A DNA stretch of 64,000 nucleotides, taken from IMG/VR virus record IMGVR_UViG_3300012667_000440, positions 1 through 64,000 of that record. One strand, 5' to 3'. Origin of the DNA: a virus (lineage: Duplodnaviria > Caudoviricetes). Numbering within the stretch: position 1 is the first letter of the stretch; the number at the start of each line of letters is the position of its first letter. A program made the position numbers and the translations under genes. Positions 32,201 to 38,534 of this stretch are shown here, piece by piece. The notes under the pieces were generated by a model, which worked only from the letters and a program-made list of their open reading frames with translations, made no database searches and was not told the origin of the DNA.

Positions 32201-33175
32201 AGAAAATTCAACAAGTTTAATCCCTTGTCCAACACCCTCTACAATAAAATCTTTTTCAATATAATAACTAGGGGTTACATTACCAACAAATCTAACCTTA
32301 AGACCATTGATAAATTCAATATTGTTTCCAGACTTATATTGAGTTTTTCCAACAATTTCATTTTCGATATCAATTGCAGAATTTTCTAATATAGCCCTAA
32401 CAAGTATTTTTCCACCAACCACATGGGTATCGTCAGATCCGTAGTATAACACACTAGGAGTTGTATCATCAACTGTAAAAATTATTTGACCGTTTTTAGT
32501 GCCATTTCCAATAATGCCGTGGTTATACTGTGCAGAAGAATCAATTGTATCTGAAGTCTTAAAATATAAGTTATGTTCCGATGTAACATTAAAAACGTAG
32601 GTAACTCCCCTATAAAATGTCAACAACGGATCAGGTGTTAATCCATCTGGCGTAAACAAAAAGAACGGTCCGTCTACAGAGTCAGTTACTGTATAAGTGC
32701 TAACTGTATCTTTTTGCAATCCAGAGATATAAATGAGATCAGGGCCATTAGGAAGCCAATAGTATTCTCTAAAGTTTACAAACTTATCCCAATCAATTCG
32801 CGGATCGTATGAATTAAATTTAGGTCTAAATATTTGATCTAAATTCGTTGTATTTCCGCCATAGTAATCTACTTGATTAATTAAGTCATCAAATCCAAAT
32901 GCTTTTTTAATACTTCCGTCAAGCTCTTTTAAAATCAATGCAGGTTCTAATTGATACTTTTGTCTTAGCGGCAAGGACTCAGAGATATATACATCTGTTT
33001 TGTAATCGTAATTCTTGCTTAATTTGCTACCTACAAAACCGTCAATGCGTTCTAATACAGGAGATTTAACCAATTGATCAATAGTGCTAGATAAGAATTT
33101 TGCGTTCTTATCTGTTCTAAAATATGTTGGTAATAGATTTACTGATTTCTTATCGATATTTTTATTATTAGCCAT
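20285..33175 (-). CDS. Giant (4296 aa) virion/baseplate protein, gp7-like position
   Basis: Uninterrupted 12.9 kb ORF directly downstream of gp6; FG-GAP-like repeats, GSGYTxxP repeats, YQGFIKEKGT motif. Confidence 0.75.
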   Translation of the reverse strand: MANNKNIDKKSVNLLPTYFRTDKNAKFLSSTIDQLVKSPVLERIDGFVGSKLSKNYDYKTDVYISESLPLRQKYQLEPALILKELDGSIKKAFGFDDLINQVDYYGGNTTNLDQIFRPKFNSYDPRIDWDKFVNFREYYWLPNGPDLIYISGLQKDTVSTYTVTDSVDGPFFLFTPDGLTPDPLLTFYRGVTYVFNVTSEHNLYFKTSDTIDSSAQYNHGIIGNGTKNGQIIFTVDDTTPSVLYYGSDDTHVVGGKILVRAILENSAIDIENEIVGKTQYKSGNNIEFINGLKVRFVGNVTPSYYIEKDFIVEGVGQGIKLVEFSKLTSPDTLGTLYDTNFDEKPFDEFAFDNFKNIPLVPEYITINKSSKDLNPWTRYNRWFHGDVIKTSAEVNGSANPEYPQDKRAARPIIEFIPDMQLHNFGSNAIDSVDLIDNITTDVFSDVEQSVGYYVDEVRLDPGFKVVFNADKDPLVNGKIFEVSISNIDGKERINLTEVATPVSGDGIVINSGDVYAGTGWWFNGSNWVLSQTRTVRNQAPLFDLFDKNGYSYSNPTYYNSEFQGTKLFGYVVGTGTADPVLGFPLQYYNNLGLEGTYLFNNYFGTETISIVESTNIIQIPTYTSYLKINKSTPEYINVWTPAETYQIPVLQFQVVTTEISQIEVTVFDKPGYISDLTVDVFVNDVKQSQLVDYTLVNTNSKLHVNFNKLLNGTTTPIRVLLKCYSDTAPNSLGVYETPLNLTNNALNSEITTITLSEISDHVKSMVERDDKFNGVFPGISNLKSLPNITKYGSRLISNNNPLSFAHCFITNEEHNVINSIRQVSTDYYQFKLNLIKLISQVGGQLSPAEVLDIAMSTIVQNKNNTFPYSRSDMIGFGNNNVTRRYTVTDSRNKNYSITSVFDNTVLSNRSVLVYLNNSLLTYGVDYTYEKYDSSVLISAPINKGDEILIKDYVSTDRSYIPPTPTKLGLYPKYIPSIFIDYTYIDNPVKVIQGHDGSLTRAYSDYNEADDFRDLALLEYEIRIYNNLKTSYDETLIDIHDVLPGVFRTQYNSYSKIYDIVQGDFLKWASVYGIDFSKNSTYDINNHKTYNYKSATDSIFAKTIPGNWRGIYKYYFDTDRPDTHPWEMLGFSIKPTWWESEYGPAPYTSGNLNLWQDLENGVIRQGPRAGIDSTYVRTGLSSIIPVDEYGNIIDIREWAALAQNDSIIDTDQDWSFGDHGPAETAWRRSSLWPFAVQTILALSKPADYCAMMFDTSRLKKDITGQYNYGINEVFLNPKKAVLQDDVDVNGNLLSAAGYSVWVIECGKQRRLDYVSYLKQDLASVDFNLFYKAAGFLSKDKLDLIIDSINPNSANPGVLLPSEDYTLHFNVSAPVKSAAISGIIVEKNNGKFVIKGYDKRSPYFTINTPIRKTVGSVVTVGGKSEKFLTWKTNAFYQDGQIVSYNNLYYRVVKSHNSGSAFTASNYSNLSKLPIVGGVSVLGSSNFETDEVLVPYGTKYTTLQEVYDFIVGYGNWLTTQGFIFDEFNKDLGQVINWEFTGKEFLYWSTQNWADGSVITLSPFADSIKYKFIDSTVDNVLNSFYEYSLLKADGQSYPKENFNLSREDGVCTIRTKNTVDGLFFARLNLVQKEHAIILNNASIFNDTIYDVDTGYRQSRIRLIGFRTADWNGDFLSPGFIYDDAQIASWQQYTDYKVAEVVKYVGKYYSANKNIVGSATFDFTNWTPLGTKPIAQLFPNFDYKIKQFEDFYSLDIDNFDAGQQKMAQHLIGYTPRTYLDNIFINPIAQYKFYQGFIKEKGTRNAIDKLAKASIHNLKGQIDFNEEWAFRVGSYGNYTSYKEIEFPLKENEFIENSQIVKFVDVTPVTNDSLSYINPSEFTIKTDDYSSDAVFAVTSTTDDVILPVAGYVRADDVTATAYNKNSLLDIANNGSIKEGNTIWLGFRDDGQWDVYRYTKLPTDVVASNILTPGSTINFTTNKFHNLSVGDIVSVTGLDNLTDGVYIVKDIPSLTTFTADTTLVSTSESTTSALLFTFASVRVENGDFDKIADLQQYINFQEGDCVWIDNSEDLENWQVYKKTTNYQPLSVKNNGLNQADQQFGYRISSPSDSDIVVVSAPNYFNDTDVALGRIFVYSYNEGTFTPVTNYSPNGLETYYTGTNISKFGSALVYDTSTNAIFVGAPNASLVGANTYLNEGFVKISTVDTTQSFPAEEVLATMTNPNPANNALFGSSIYVSKTTATSKLLLVGAPGQDTVYSYSLSITTSTTSITSTATIVSTTGTSFGAAVSGTADGSIFAISAPENNAGLVYVYTATNLTSPAQTIVPPSVCEFGDKFGSSVIMSDNGAYLIVASTIAGTKAGQTGKVFIYKNNSNVYELIQTINNPTTSVDFGISLSINDSNTTLVVTAQGTAVSSVLEFDNGDTTFDAETCNIIVQSKNSGSVFVFERNKELFVFAEELLASSLSDGSEYGETSIVKGTEIFVGAPGNSGQIVTFNKIDSAISSWELYRSKDDLIDISKIKKSMTVDSVNEVIVDYLDIIDPIKGKISGIADQEIRYKTAFDPAVYSIGVNNVIVDTETSWIDEHLGELWWDLSSVKYQWYEQGDISYRKNVWGTLFPGASIDVYEWVSSEYLPSQWSAIADTAEGLMKGISGQPKYPDNSVVSVKEYFNSTTGSTTNIYYFWVKNKVIVPDTSGRKISASEVAGLIYDPSLYGTKYISVIAPNAIVVTNVTSQLNSDKVYLNIATDEFDNDSNRHTEWLLLEENSALSMPNNLLDKKLLDSLLGKDSIGNPVPDPKLSDRIRYGVGIRPRQTMFKNRLAALRNTFEYVNTVLSQNIITNFVDFTMLNSKDEIPPVDTGEYDLVVDDNEGLAFIVTGGLRTASMNCTVLNGKISSVIITDPGHGYINPPTVEIIGNESGAVIKTSINESGEIISAEIINPGQQFSVAPVLMVRPYTVIVRSDATINNVWAKYHYINRVWSIVYTQQYDTTKYWNYVDWVSTDYDSLKPLSATVDQPHLLDTLTLNVGDYVKVNNQGNGKYIVLKNVSSNGTFSNNYDLMYCENGTIKIVEALWNKDNSSYNFDYQLTFDQSWFDQSPEIELANVLSAVKNDIFVGTLKICWNNLFFKSVRYAMSEQKFLDWAFKTSFINVRNMAGELDQRPVYKFQNSQYYEDYLNEIKPYHTKIRNFQVDYEVIEPTRSYTTDFDLAPIYDTETAAFVPMSLDNPLLNEYPRKAWADNYKLTVESIKIMSQGSGYTSAPRVEIIAAAGDTGLGATAEAYISLGKVIDIEITNPGSGYTQTPTVLLVGGGPTDLVSATAYATMTNGKVRSNKIDIKFDRISSTREIGNNQYSDSYFCDGNTLEFKLTWAAESKRSLVDIRVDGITVLAADYKIVNYTELFNGYYKKYSKVVLSYTPAIGQVLDVTYHKNIGLYNAVDRVDEFYAPSSGMPGSDPGQLMMGVDYPGVQIETLPLNYSANWDMLNFTESAWSANEPMEIVIDNPGSGYLPDYYNTLTTFTDISIIPTGNDTSSSVIVTATAVAFVLHGKIERLEFTNYGSGYTSAPQVVIDSPSSGTTATAYITLTTGDPLEIDIDTIITGGTFTNITGVNPSDVTLDGDSFVSPRVSHGPEELVPGQVLESVGISVYTRAPSGSPLVTQTMYTISSTTSTTDISLSMMPPNTGTLMVSFNNQILDYGTDYTVNITNKVLTVSTQTTTGLLAITGVGIGGIGFISSDYTTVSNATKVTVDAEALLSDIGSVYVSLNGKTLATSEYTLSTISNNNKRGRVTVTGISSGTNTLQAWFFAEDYKGYSEVKEERFYPDGSTSSFVLSQFPGTIGPAHANAVVELNGKRLTPPNSTYYSVANDQQLFDIDPNNEYPAGVFDLASLEVHVNGIRIRNGIDFILDQTNQIIEFKPGFLKNGDVLAITNIVYSDYYITGGKIYFPHIIFVSGDMLKVITYTNHTGSQIRTEVFQSRISRRYPISRTLINDNYVWVSIAGDSLINGFDYYIDSDGKTVVVNENYPFDPTADVVIVSMTDVVDDAVLGYRIFKDILDRTHFKRLGSSNSTQLTAPLYTTSTEIHVENSAVLPVPNLLKQIPGVVLINGERIEYLTIANNTLSNLKRATLGTAARDYYPAGTMLIDQGRFQTIPFKETRKLYTTATTTATSYSFGNLGLSTLTTATDQVEVYYGGILLRKPTTSTNILTMHDSSIAFDSGEVNSLGISSDIVLEPQFTIAISGTNYTLNLNLDTITSGTNLVIVHTTATDWYDSTDSLINDRSIQANFLRDNPATLPDKYHYGQL

Positions 33176-33189
33176 TATGACCTGTTTCC

Positions 33190-36100
33190 TTAACTACTTG
33201 TTATGTTTGTTGCTTTTAATTCCGAAGCGGTTAGGCTGTCGATTACTTGTATATCATTAACTGTCGTACCACTAACAAATATTTCGTCACCCTGACTTGT
33301 AATTTGGTATAAGCTACCAAATCCAGAATCCATTTTGGGTACAATAACAAAGTTAGTTATGTCCGGAGTCATAATGTTCATTACATAGGCAGACAATTCG
33401 CTAAAATTAAATGTTTGACCAAAATCCCAATTATCAATTTTAAAGAAATCGTCAATTGCAGTTAAAATCCTCGACTGGATATCTGTAGTGCTAACAATTC
33501 TGTTAGGGTTTTTAACTGCTTTAAATGTTGCTTGCAATTGAGGAACTGCCTTACTACCAAACAATACCTTATATTTTGCAGGATGAAATACGATTTCGTC
33601 ACTGATAGATTTAATAGGTTCTAGAACATTCGAATAGTTCTCTTCTAAACTTTGAGTTGTAGGACTCAATGGTTCTGTTCCAGCGCCGGAAGATAACCAG
33701 TTACGATAATCTCTGTCATATGAAGATACTAACAAATATACATCAATAATATTTGTTTTACTAGGATCTAATCTTCTATTAGAACCACTGTTGTGAACAT
33801 AATGAAATTTTAAATTTGATCTACCAACATGTGCATAATAAGATGGTTCTAAATCAAACATGCCAGTCTGACTGTTAAATCTTTTTACACTATCAACATC
33901 CGAATCATAAAAATAATATAGTTGACCGTCTACTGGATCTATCAATTGCAATAGCTCAGCTTGATTAGGATATGCATCAATAGACACGGTATTGGTATCA
34001 ACTAGTTTATATCTTAGACCATCTGCTAATTTTTCAAAATATACAAAGTTTCCAATAAAACCTGTTTCAACATTAATAGTCGACGGTTTTACAACATTTT
34101 CAAATGCATCAGGATCATCGATTTGACCATCGTCATTATTATCGTAAAAACTTACTAATACTTTTTTAGGCTCCATATAGCCGTCTGGCTCGACTACTGC
34201 ACTATCAACTTGCCAAGAATAATCGCTGCCTAGAGCTAACAAACTATCCGGTTGAGAATTGATACTCAAAACATCAACTTTATCTTTAATTACAGTATCG
34301 GTAGTAAAGTCGTAATTTTTCTTAGAATCGTCGATGAAAAATGCAGTTTCTTTATCGCTTTCAAAAACATATTCAAGTGTGCGATATCTAACTTTATATT
34401 TTCTGCCAGTCCATTCAAAAGAAATTAACCAACTGGCATCTTTATTGATATTGCTTATATCTTTTTGATATATTAGACTAAATGAACTTTTTAAATCTAA
34501 GTTAGAATCAGAAATAATATACCAAGCTCTAGTAGTTTCGTCAAAACTTAACCCAAAGTTTTTCTTAGAAACTGCAAGGTTAACAATTTCAGTTTCTAAA
34601 GAATATGATAATACACTTTGAAACTTAGGTATAATACTAACAGGAATTGACCCATTTGGTATAGTACCTGTTAAGATAATAGGACCGGTGCCATCTGATA
34701 AATTTCCAATACCACTGTTTGATCCATCACCAGTAACTCCTGCAATCTGTGACCATTTGTAGGTAGTAGTTTTATTGCTTTGAGTAGTAGATAACTTTCC
34801 GTTTGGAAGAAAATATTTTCCAGATGGAGGAGTAAATTTAATAAGTGCTCCAGGTTCGAAGAATTTTAAGAAATCGCTCCCAAATGCACCAACTGATACA
34901 GGACCATTAATTGAGTTAAAATATCCTCGAGTTTGATTTGTCGTTTTATTAGACTGATACCAGGTTAACCCTGTTACAACAGGTCGTGTATATTCATCGA
35001 GATAAAATGCCGATAATTTAGGAGAATCAACAATAGGAGCTACTTGAGATCTAATAACTGATAAAATTTCATTTCTCGAATCAAAAGAAAATTCAAAATT
35101 GTATTCTTTATCGTCCTTGTATAGAATTCCGTCTTCGGCAAAAATATTAGTCTTACTGTATTTTCCAGTAATGTCACTTAATTCGTAATACTTACTAACA
35201 CCGCTACTAACTCGATTAATACTCTTAATCTTAATAATGTCGGAATCAACATTCAACGGAGCAATATTATAATCCTCCGCAGTGATCATTCTATTTTGAG
35301 TATAGTAAGTCTGCGGTGCTTTTAATTTAATATCTGCATCAGTTTCTGCAACAGACGAATTAGTAACAGTATATTGAAGACTCAAAATAACATTTAAAGA
35401 ATGGCTTTGTCCAGAACGACTTGTATAAGGAATCTTTACAGAAATATTACTCATCTGCTCGGGCTTAATAGTATATGCTAAGCCATTACTTTGTCTATAA
35501 TATAATCTAAAAGGACCATTTGGCAAATTACCAAAACTACCATCTGCAAATGTTAAATCAATTTGATCGTTTTCTCGTGTAGTTACTCCGTAGATATTTC
35601 TATCATTTTTGTTAATACTGTTATAGATAATGTTGTTGCCAGTGACCGCAGAAACTTTAGTCCAAGCAGTCTGATGCTTAATACCGTCTGCAGAAAGTTG
35701 CCATAACCATACATCAGTATCGTTGATATCGGGCACATTAACTCCAACAATTTCGTTAGGAACAGGACTAGTAACTGAAAAATTGCTGGCCGACAATGAG
35801 CCTTGACGGAAGTGAACAAAGAATCCAGTGTTGGCACTAGAACTTCCTTTGTTGTCATTCTTAAAAACAATACCAAATTGAGCAGCAGGAGTAGGTGTTT
35901 CTTCGTAAATGTAATTTTGTCCATCAAATGTAGACGAAACTAATTCAAAAGACATTTGACTTCCGCCTATATTCTTCGAGAATGAATATACAGGAACATC
36001 AGTAGTATCGGTATTAATTTTATATTGTTCAGTAGCTATTCCGTCAATAGTTTTCTTAGCCAACGGTTTGCCAAATGCACTAAGATTAGTAATTGATGCA

Positions 36101-36579
36101 TTTATAATTGCAATAAACTGCTGATACCAGTTACTATTTGTAGGGTCATTCCAGCCAATAATGCTGTTAGCCAAGTTAATTCCGTTTGAATCTACAACAT
36201 TTTCTGATGTAGATATAGAAGTAATTTTTAAGAAACCGTTAGCAGGAACATTACGTTTAGCATTATAATTAATCAAACGTGCAAGACGCAGAATGCTTTC
36301 TCGACGTTCAGCCGTCTCTAAGAAGTTTTCACGAGCATTTAAATCAATGCGGAAACTTAAATTCTGTCCTAAGAATGCAATTAAATCAATAAGGGCAATA
36401 TATTCACTGCTGTCAATATAATCATTAAAATCTTCAGGATAATTTTCTCGAAGATACGTGATCATTGTACGACGAAGTGTTTCGAAATCGTAGCTTTTAA
36501 AGTCTGCGTTACGAAAACTTTGATATATTTTCTTCCAGTCTTCTGCAATTAAAAGTTGGCTGTTTGTTGATGGTATCAT
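33190..36579 (-). CDS. Baseplate wedge subunit (T4 gp6-like)
   Basis: DFETLRxxMxxYL, ENFLETAxxRESIxxLAxLINY, FADGSFGNLP, TQNRMITAEDY. Confidence 0.88.
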   Translation of the reverse strand: MIPSTNSQLLIAEDWKKIYQSFRNADFKSYDFETLRRTMITYLRENYPEDFNDYIDSSEYIALIDLIAFLGQNLSFRIDLNARENFLETAERRESILRLARLINYNAKRNVPANGFLKITSISTSENVVDSNGINLANSIIGWNDPTNSNWYQQFIAIINASITNLSAFGKPLAKKTIDGIATEQYKINTDTTDVPVYSFSKNIGGSQMSFELVSSTFDGQNYIYEETPTPAAQFGIVFKNDNKGSSSANTGFFVHFRQGSLSASNFSVTSPVPNEIVGVNVPDINDTDVWLWQLSADGIKHQTAWTKVSAVTGNNIIYNSINKNDRNIYGVTTRENDQIDLTFADGSFGNLPNGPFRLYYRQSNGLAYTIKPEQMSNISVKIPYTSRSGQSHSLNVILSLQYTVTNSSVAETDADIKLKAPQTYYTQNRMITAEDYNIAPLNVDSDIIKIKSINRVSSGVSKYYELSDITGKYSKTNIFAEDGILYKDDKEYNFEFSFDSRNEILSVIRSQVAPIVDSPKLSAFYLDEYTRPVVTGLTWYQSNKTTNQTRGYFNSINGPVSVGAFGSDFLKFFEPGALIKFTPPSGKYFLPNGKLSTTQSNKTTTYKWSQIAGVTGDGSNSGIGNLSDGTGPIILTGTIPNGSIPVSIIPKFQSVLSYSLETEIVNLAVSKKNFGLSFDETTRAWYIISDSNLDLKSSFSLIYQKDISNINKDASWLISFEWTGRKYKVRYRTLEYVFESDKETAFFIDDSKKNYDFTTDTVIKDKVDVLSINSQPDSLLALGSDYSWQVDSAVVEPDGYMEPKKVLVSFYDNNDDGQIDDPDAFENVVKPSTINVETGFIGNFVYFEKLADGLRYKLVDTNTVSIDAYPNQAELLQLIDPVDGQLYYFYDSDVDSVKRFNSQTGMFDLEPSYYAHVGRSNLKFHYVHNSGSNRRLDPSKTNIIDVYLLVSSYDRDYRNWLSSGAGTEPLSPTTQSLEENYSNVLEPIKSISDEIVFHPAKYKVLFGSKAVPQLQATFKAVKNPNRIVSTTDIQSRILTAIDDFFKIDNWDFGQTFNFSELSAYVMNIMTPDITNFVIVPKMDSGFGSLYQITSQGDEIFVSGTTVNDIQVIDSLTASELKATNITSS

Positions 36580-36631
36580 AATGGTAGAATCTCTTTGATA
36601 CCGTATTTATTGTTATAATTAAGTAGGTAGT

Positions 36632-37069
36632 TTATTGCGCCGTTAGCCCTAACTTTTTATCAAATGACAGCGTCATATTTGCTGTTTGATCCGTGTTTAC
36701 ATATTTCAATGTAATTTCAAGTAACATCCCGTATTCTTGTTCGTTAATATCAATCTGAATAGGAACTGCTCTAGGATCACTGTTACATACTCGACTAATA
36801 TCGTCACTTAATGCCTGTTTTACATCATCAGTAAATGGTTCAAAAATTAAATCCCAAATAATTGTGCCAAACTCAGGATTCATAACCCGTTCACCTTTTC
36901 GAGTGTTAAATTGATTAATAATATCTTGTTTAATAATATCAAAATCGTAGAGAGTTGTTCCTAATATACTAGGATTTACAGAACTGTAACCAACATAGAA
37001 TTGACTTTGTTTAGCAGTATGTTGTTGATTACTTTGACTAGAATTTATTTCGATATTTTTATATGACAT
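36632..37069 (-). CDS. Baseplate wedge subunit (gp25/GPW family)
   Basis: IKQDIINxFNTRKGERVMNPEFGTIIWDLIFEP...DPR. Confidence 0.9.
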   Translation of the reverse strand: MSYKNIEINSSQSNQQHTAKQSQFYVGYSSVNPSILGTTLYDFDIIKQDIINQFNTRKGERVMNPEFGTIIWDLIFEPFTDDVKQALSDDISRVCNSDPRAVPIQIDINEQEYGMLLEITLKYVNTDQTANMTLSFDKKLGLTAQ

Positions 37070-37092
37070 GATATTATTTAATCAGTTATTTT

Positions 37093-38532
37093 TCATTTTG
37101 CAGCATCGGTATTATTGGGCTTATACTGTTCAGGGTTAGTATTTTCGTGATGATCCCAAGGCTCGTGAGTAGGAACTCTCTTCATAATAGAAGATATATT
37201 ACCTGCTTTATAAAATTGTCCGTTTGCCCAACCGGAACTAGTATTTCTATTTGGCACAGTATGAATTGGGATTTGCACAGGCTGAATTGGAGTATCGGCA
37301 GCTTCTGCAGACGGTCCATTAAAATGCACTTCCGTGCCGCTTCCGATAATGTTTCCAGCAGCTCCTAAATTAATATCTGCGCCAGAACTTATTTTCATTG
37401 CAGCTTCACTAGAGATGCTTGCGCTTGCAGCAGCCTGCATTCTAATGTCATTAGATGCTGTAACATGCAAATCAGTTGCAAATGATATTTTACCGTCTTT
37501 ACTACACAACAGCGTAAATGAATCAGTAGCATTTATATTTGTAGTGCCTACTGAATTAAGGTTTATATTTCTACCGGCTTCAATATTAACATCACGATCT
37601 GCTCTAAAGTTAAAATCATTTTCTGTGTGAATACTTACACTATCGTTCGCATAAACATCTATCTTGCCATCAGATGTTAACTCAATCCAAGCAGTGCCTT
37701 TACTGTTTGCAATGTAGATCAAATCACTACTGTTGTGCATTAAAATTTGATGCCCAGTTCTTGTTCTAAGTCTAACTAATTCATTTTGTCCAGAAGCGTC
37801 GCCGTCATCCATAACAAATTGAGAACCACCAAGTCTACTTACAGGAACTGATACTTTATTCTCATATCCCACTAAACCTTTTTTTCCGTTTGGATCAATT
37901 GGTCCAGGTGTGCTGATTCCAAAAACACTACTGGGTATTTCTCTTCGAGCAGAACTAGAAGTAACTCCACGTATATCGTCTAGTAGTAAGCCTTGGGCTA
38001 ATAATCTATCGGCAAAAGGATGTATAGGTTTCTTTTGACTTGCAGGATCTAAAAAGTCTTTATCACTGCGCTTATGAAATTCTGCAACAGGAACATTTTT
38101 TGTCCCGTATTTTAATTCTTCTTCCGGACTCATAAAAACATTCTGACTTGCAGCAATTCCCGGAATCATATGATTTTGAAATTGATCAGCAATACAACCT
38201 ATCCAATATCCTTGGTTAGGATCTCCGTCAACAAAAATTACAAGAACTCGAGTGCCTATATCAGGAGGTACCATCCACATTCCGTAACTCTTTTGCACAT
38301 CGTCAAATTTTCTCGGATCTGTTCCTTCAAATGCAACACTTGTAACTCCGTAAAACGGACTAAGATACTTAACAGGATAAGTTTGACTTTGGAGAGATAA
38401 ATCTCCTACAAATCCTTTTTCAAGAACAACTTCAAATCTACCCATATACATAGTATCTTTTAAGTTGGTTACCCTTGCTACATAAGGTCCAGGAGAGGGC
38501 AATTGCCCGGGAATTCGTTGTTCTATTGGCAT
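37093..38532 (-). CDS. Baseplate central spike (gp5/VgrG-like), no lysozyme domain
   Basis: OB-fold motif GMWMVPPDIGTRVLVIF, RTRTGHQI, C-terminal beta-helix repeats. Confidence 0.8.
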   Translation of the reverse strand: MPIEQRIPGQLPSPGPYVARVTNLKDTMYMGRFEVVLEKGFVGDLSLQSQTYPVKYLSPFYGVTSVAFEGTDPRKFDDVQKSYGMWMVPPDIGTRVLVIFVDGDPNQGYWIGCIADQFQNHMIPGIAASQNVFMSPEEELKYGTKNVPVAEFHKRSDKDFLDPASQKKPIHPFADRLLAQGLLLDDIRGVTSSSARREIPSSVFGISTPGPIDPNGKKGLVGYENKVSVPVSRLGGSQFVMDDGDASGQNELVRLRTRTGHQILMHNSSDLIYIANSKGTAWIELTSDGKIDVYANDSVSIHTENDFNFRADRDVNIEAGRNINLNSVGTTNINATDSFTLLCSKDGKISFATDLHVTASNDIRMQAAASASISSEAAMKISSGADINLGAAGNIIGSGTEVHFNGPSAEAADTPIQPVQIPIHTVPNRNTSSGWANGQFYKAGNISSIMKRVPTHEPWDHHENTNPEQYKPNNTDAAK

Positions 38533-38534
38533 AA

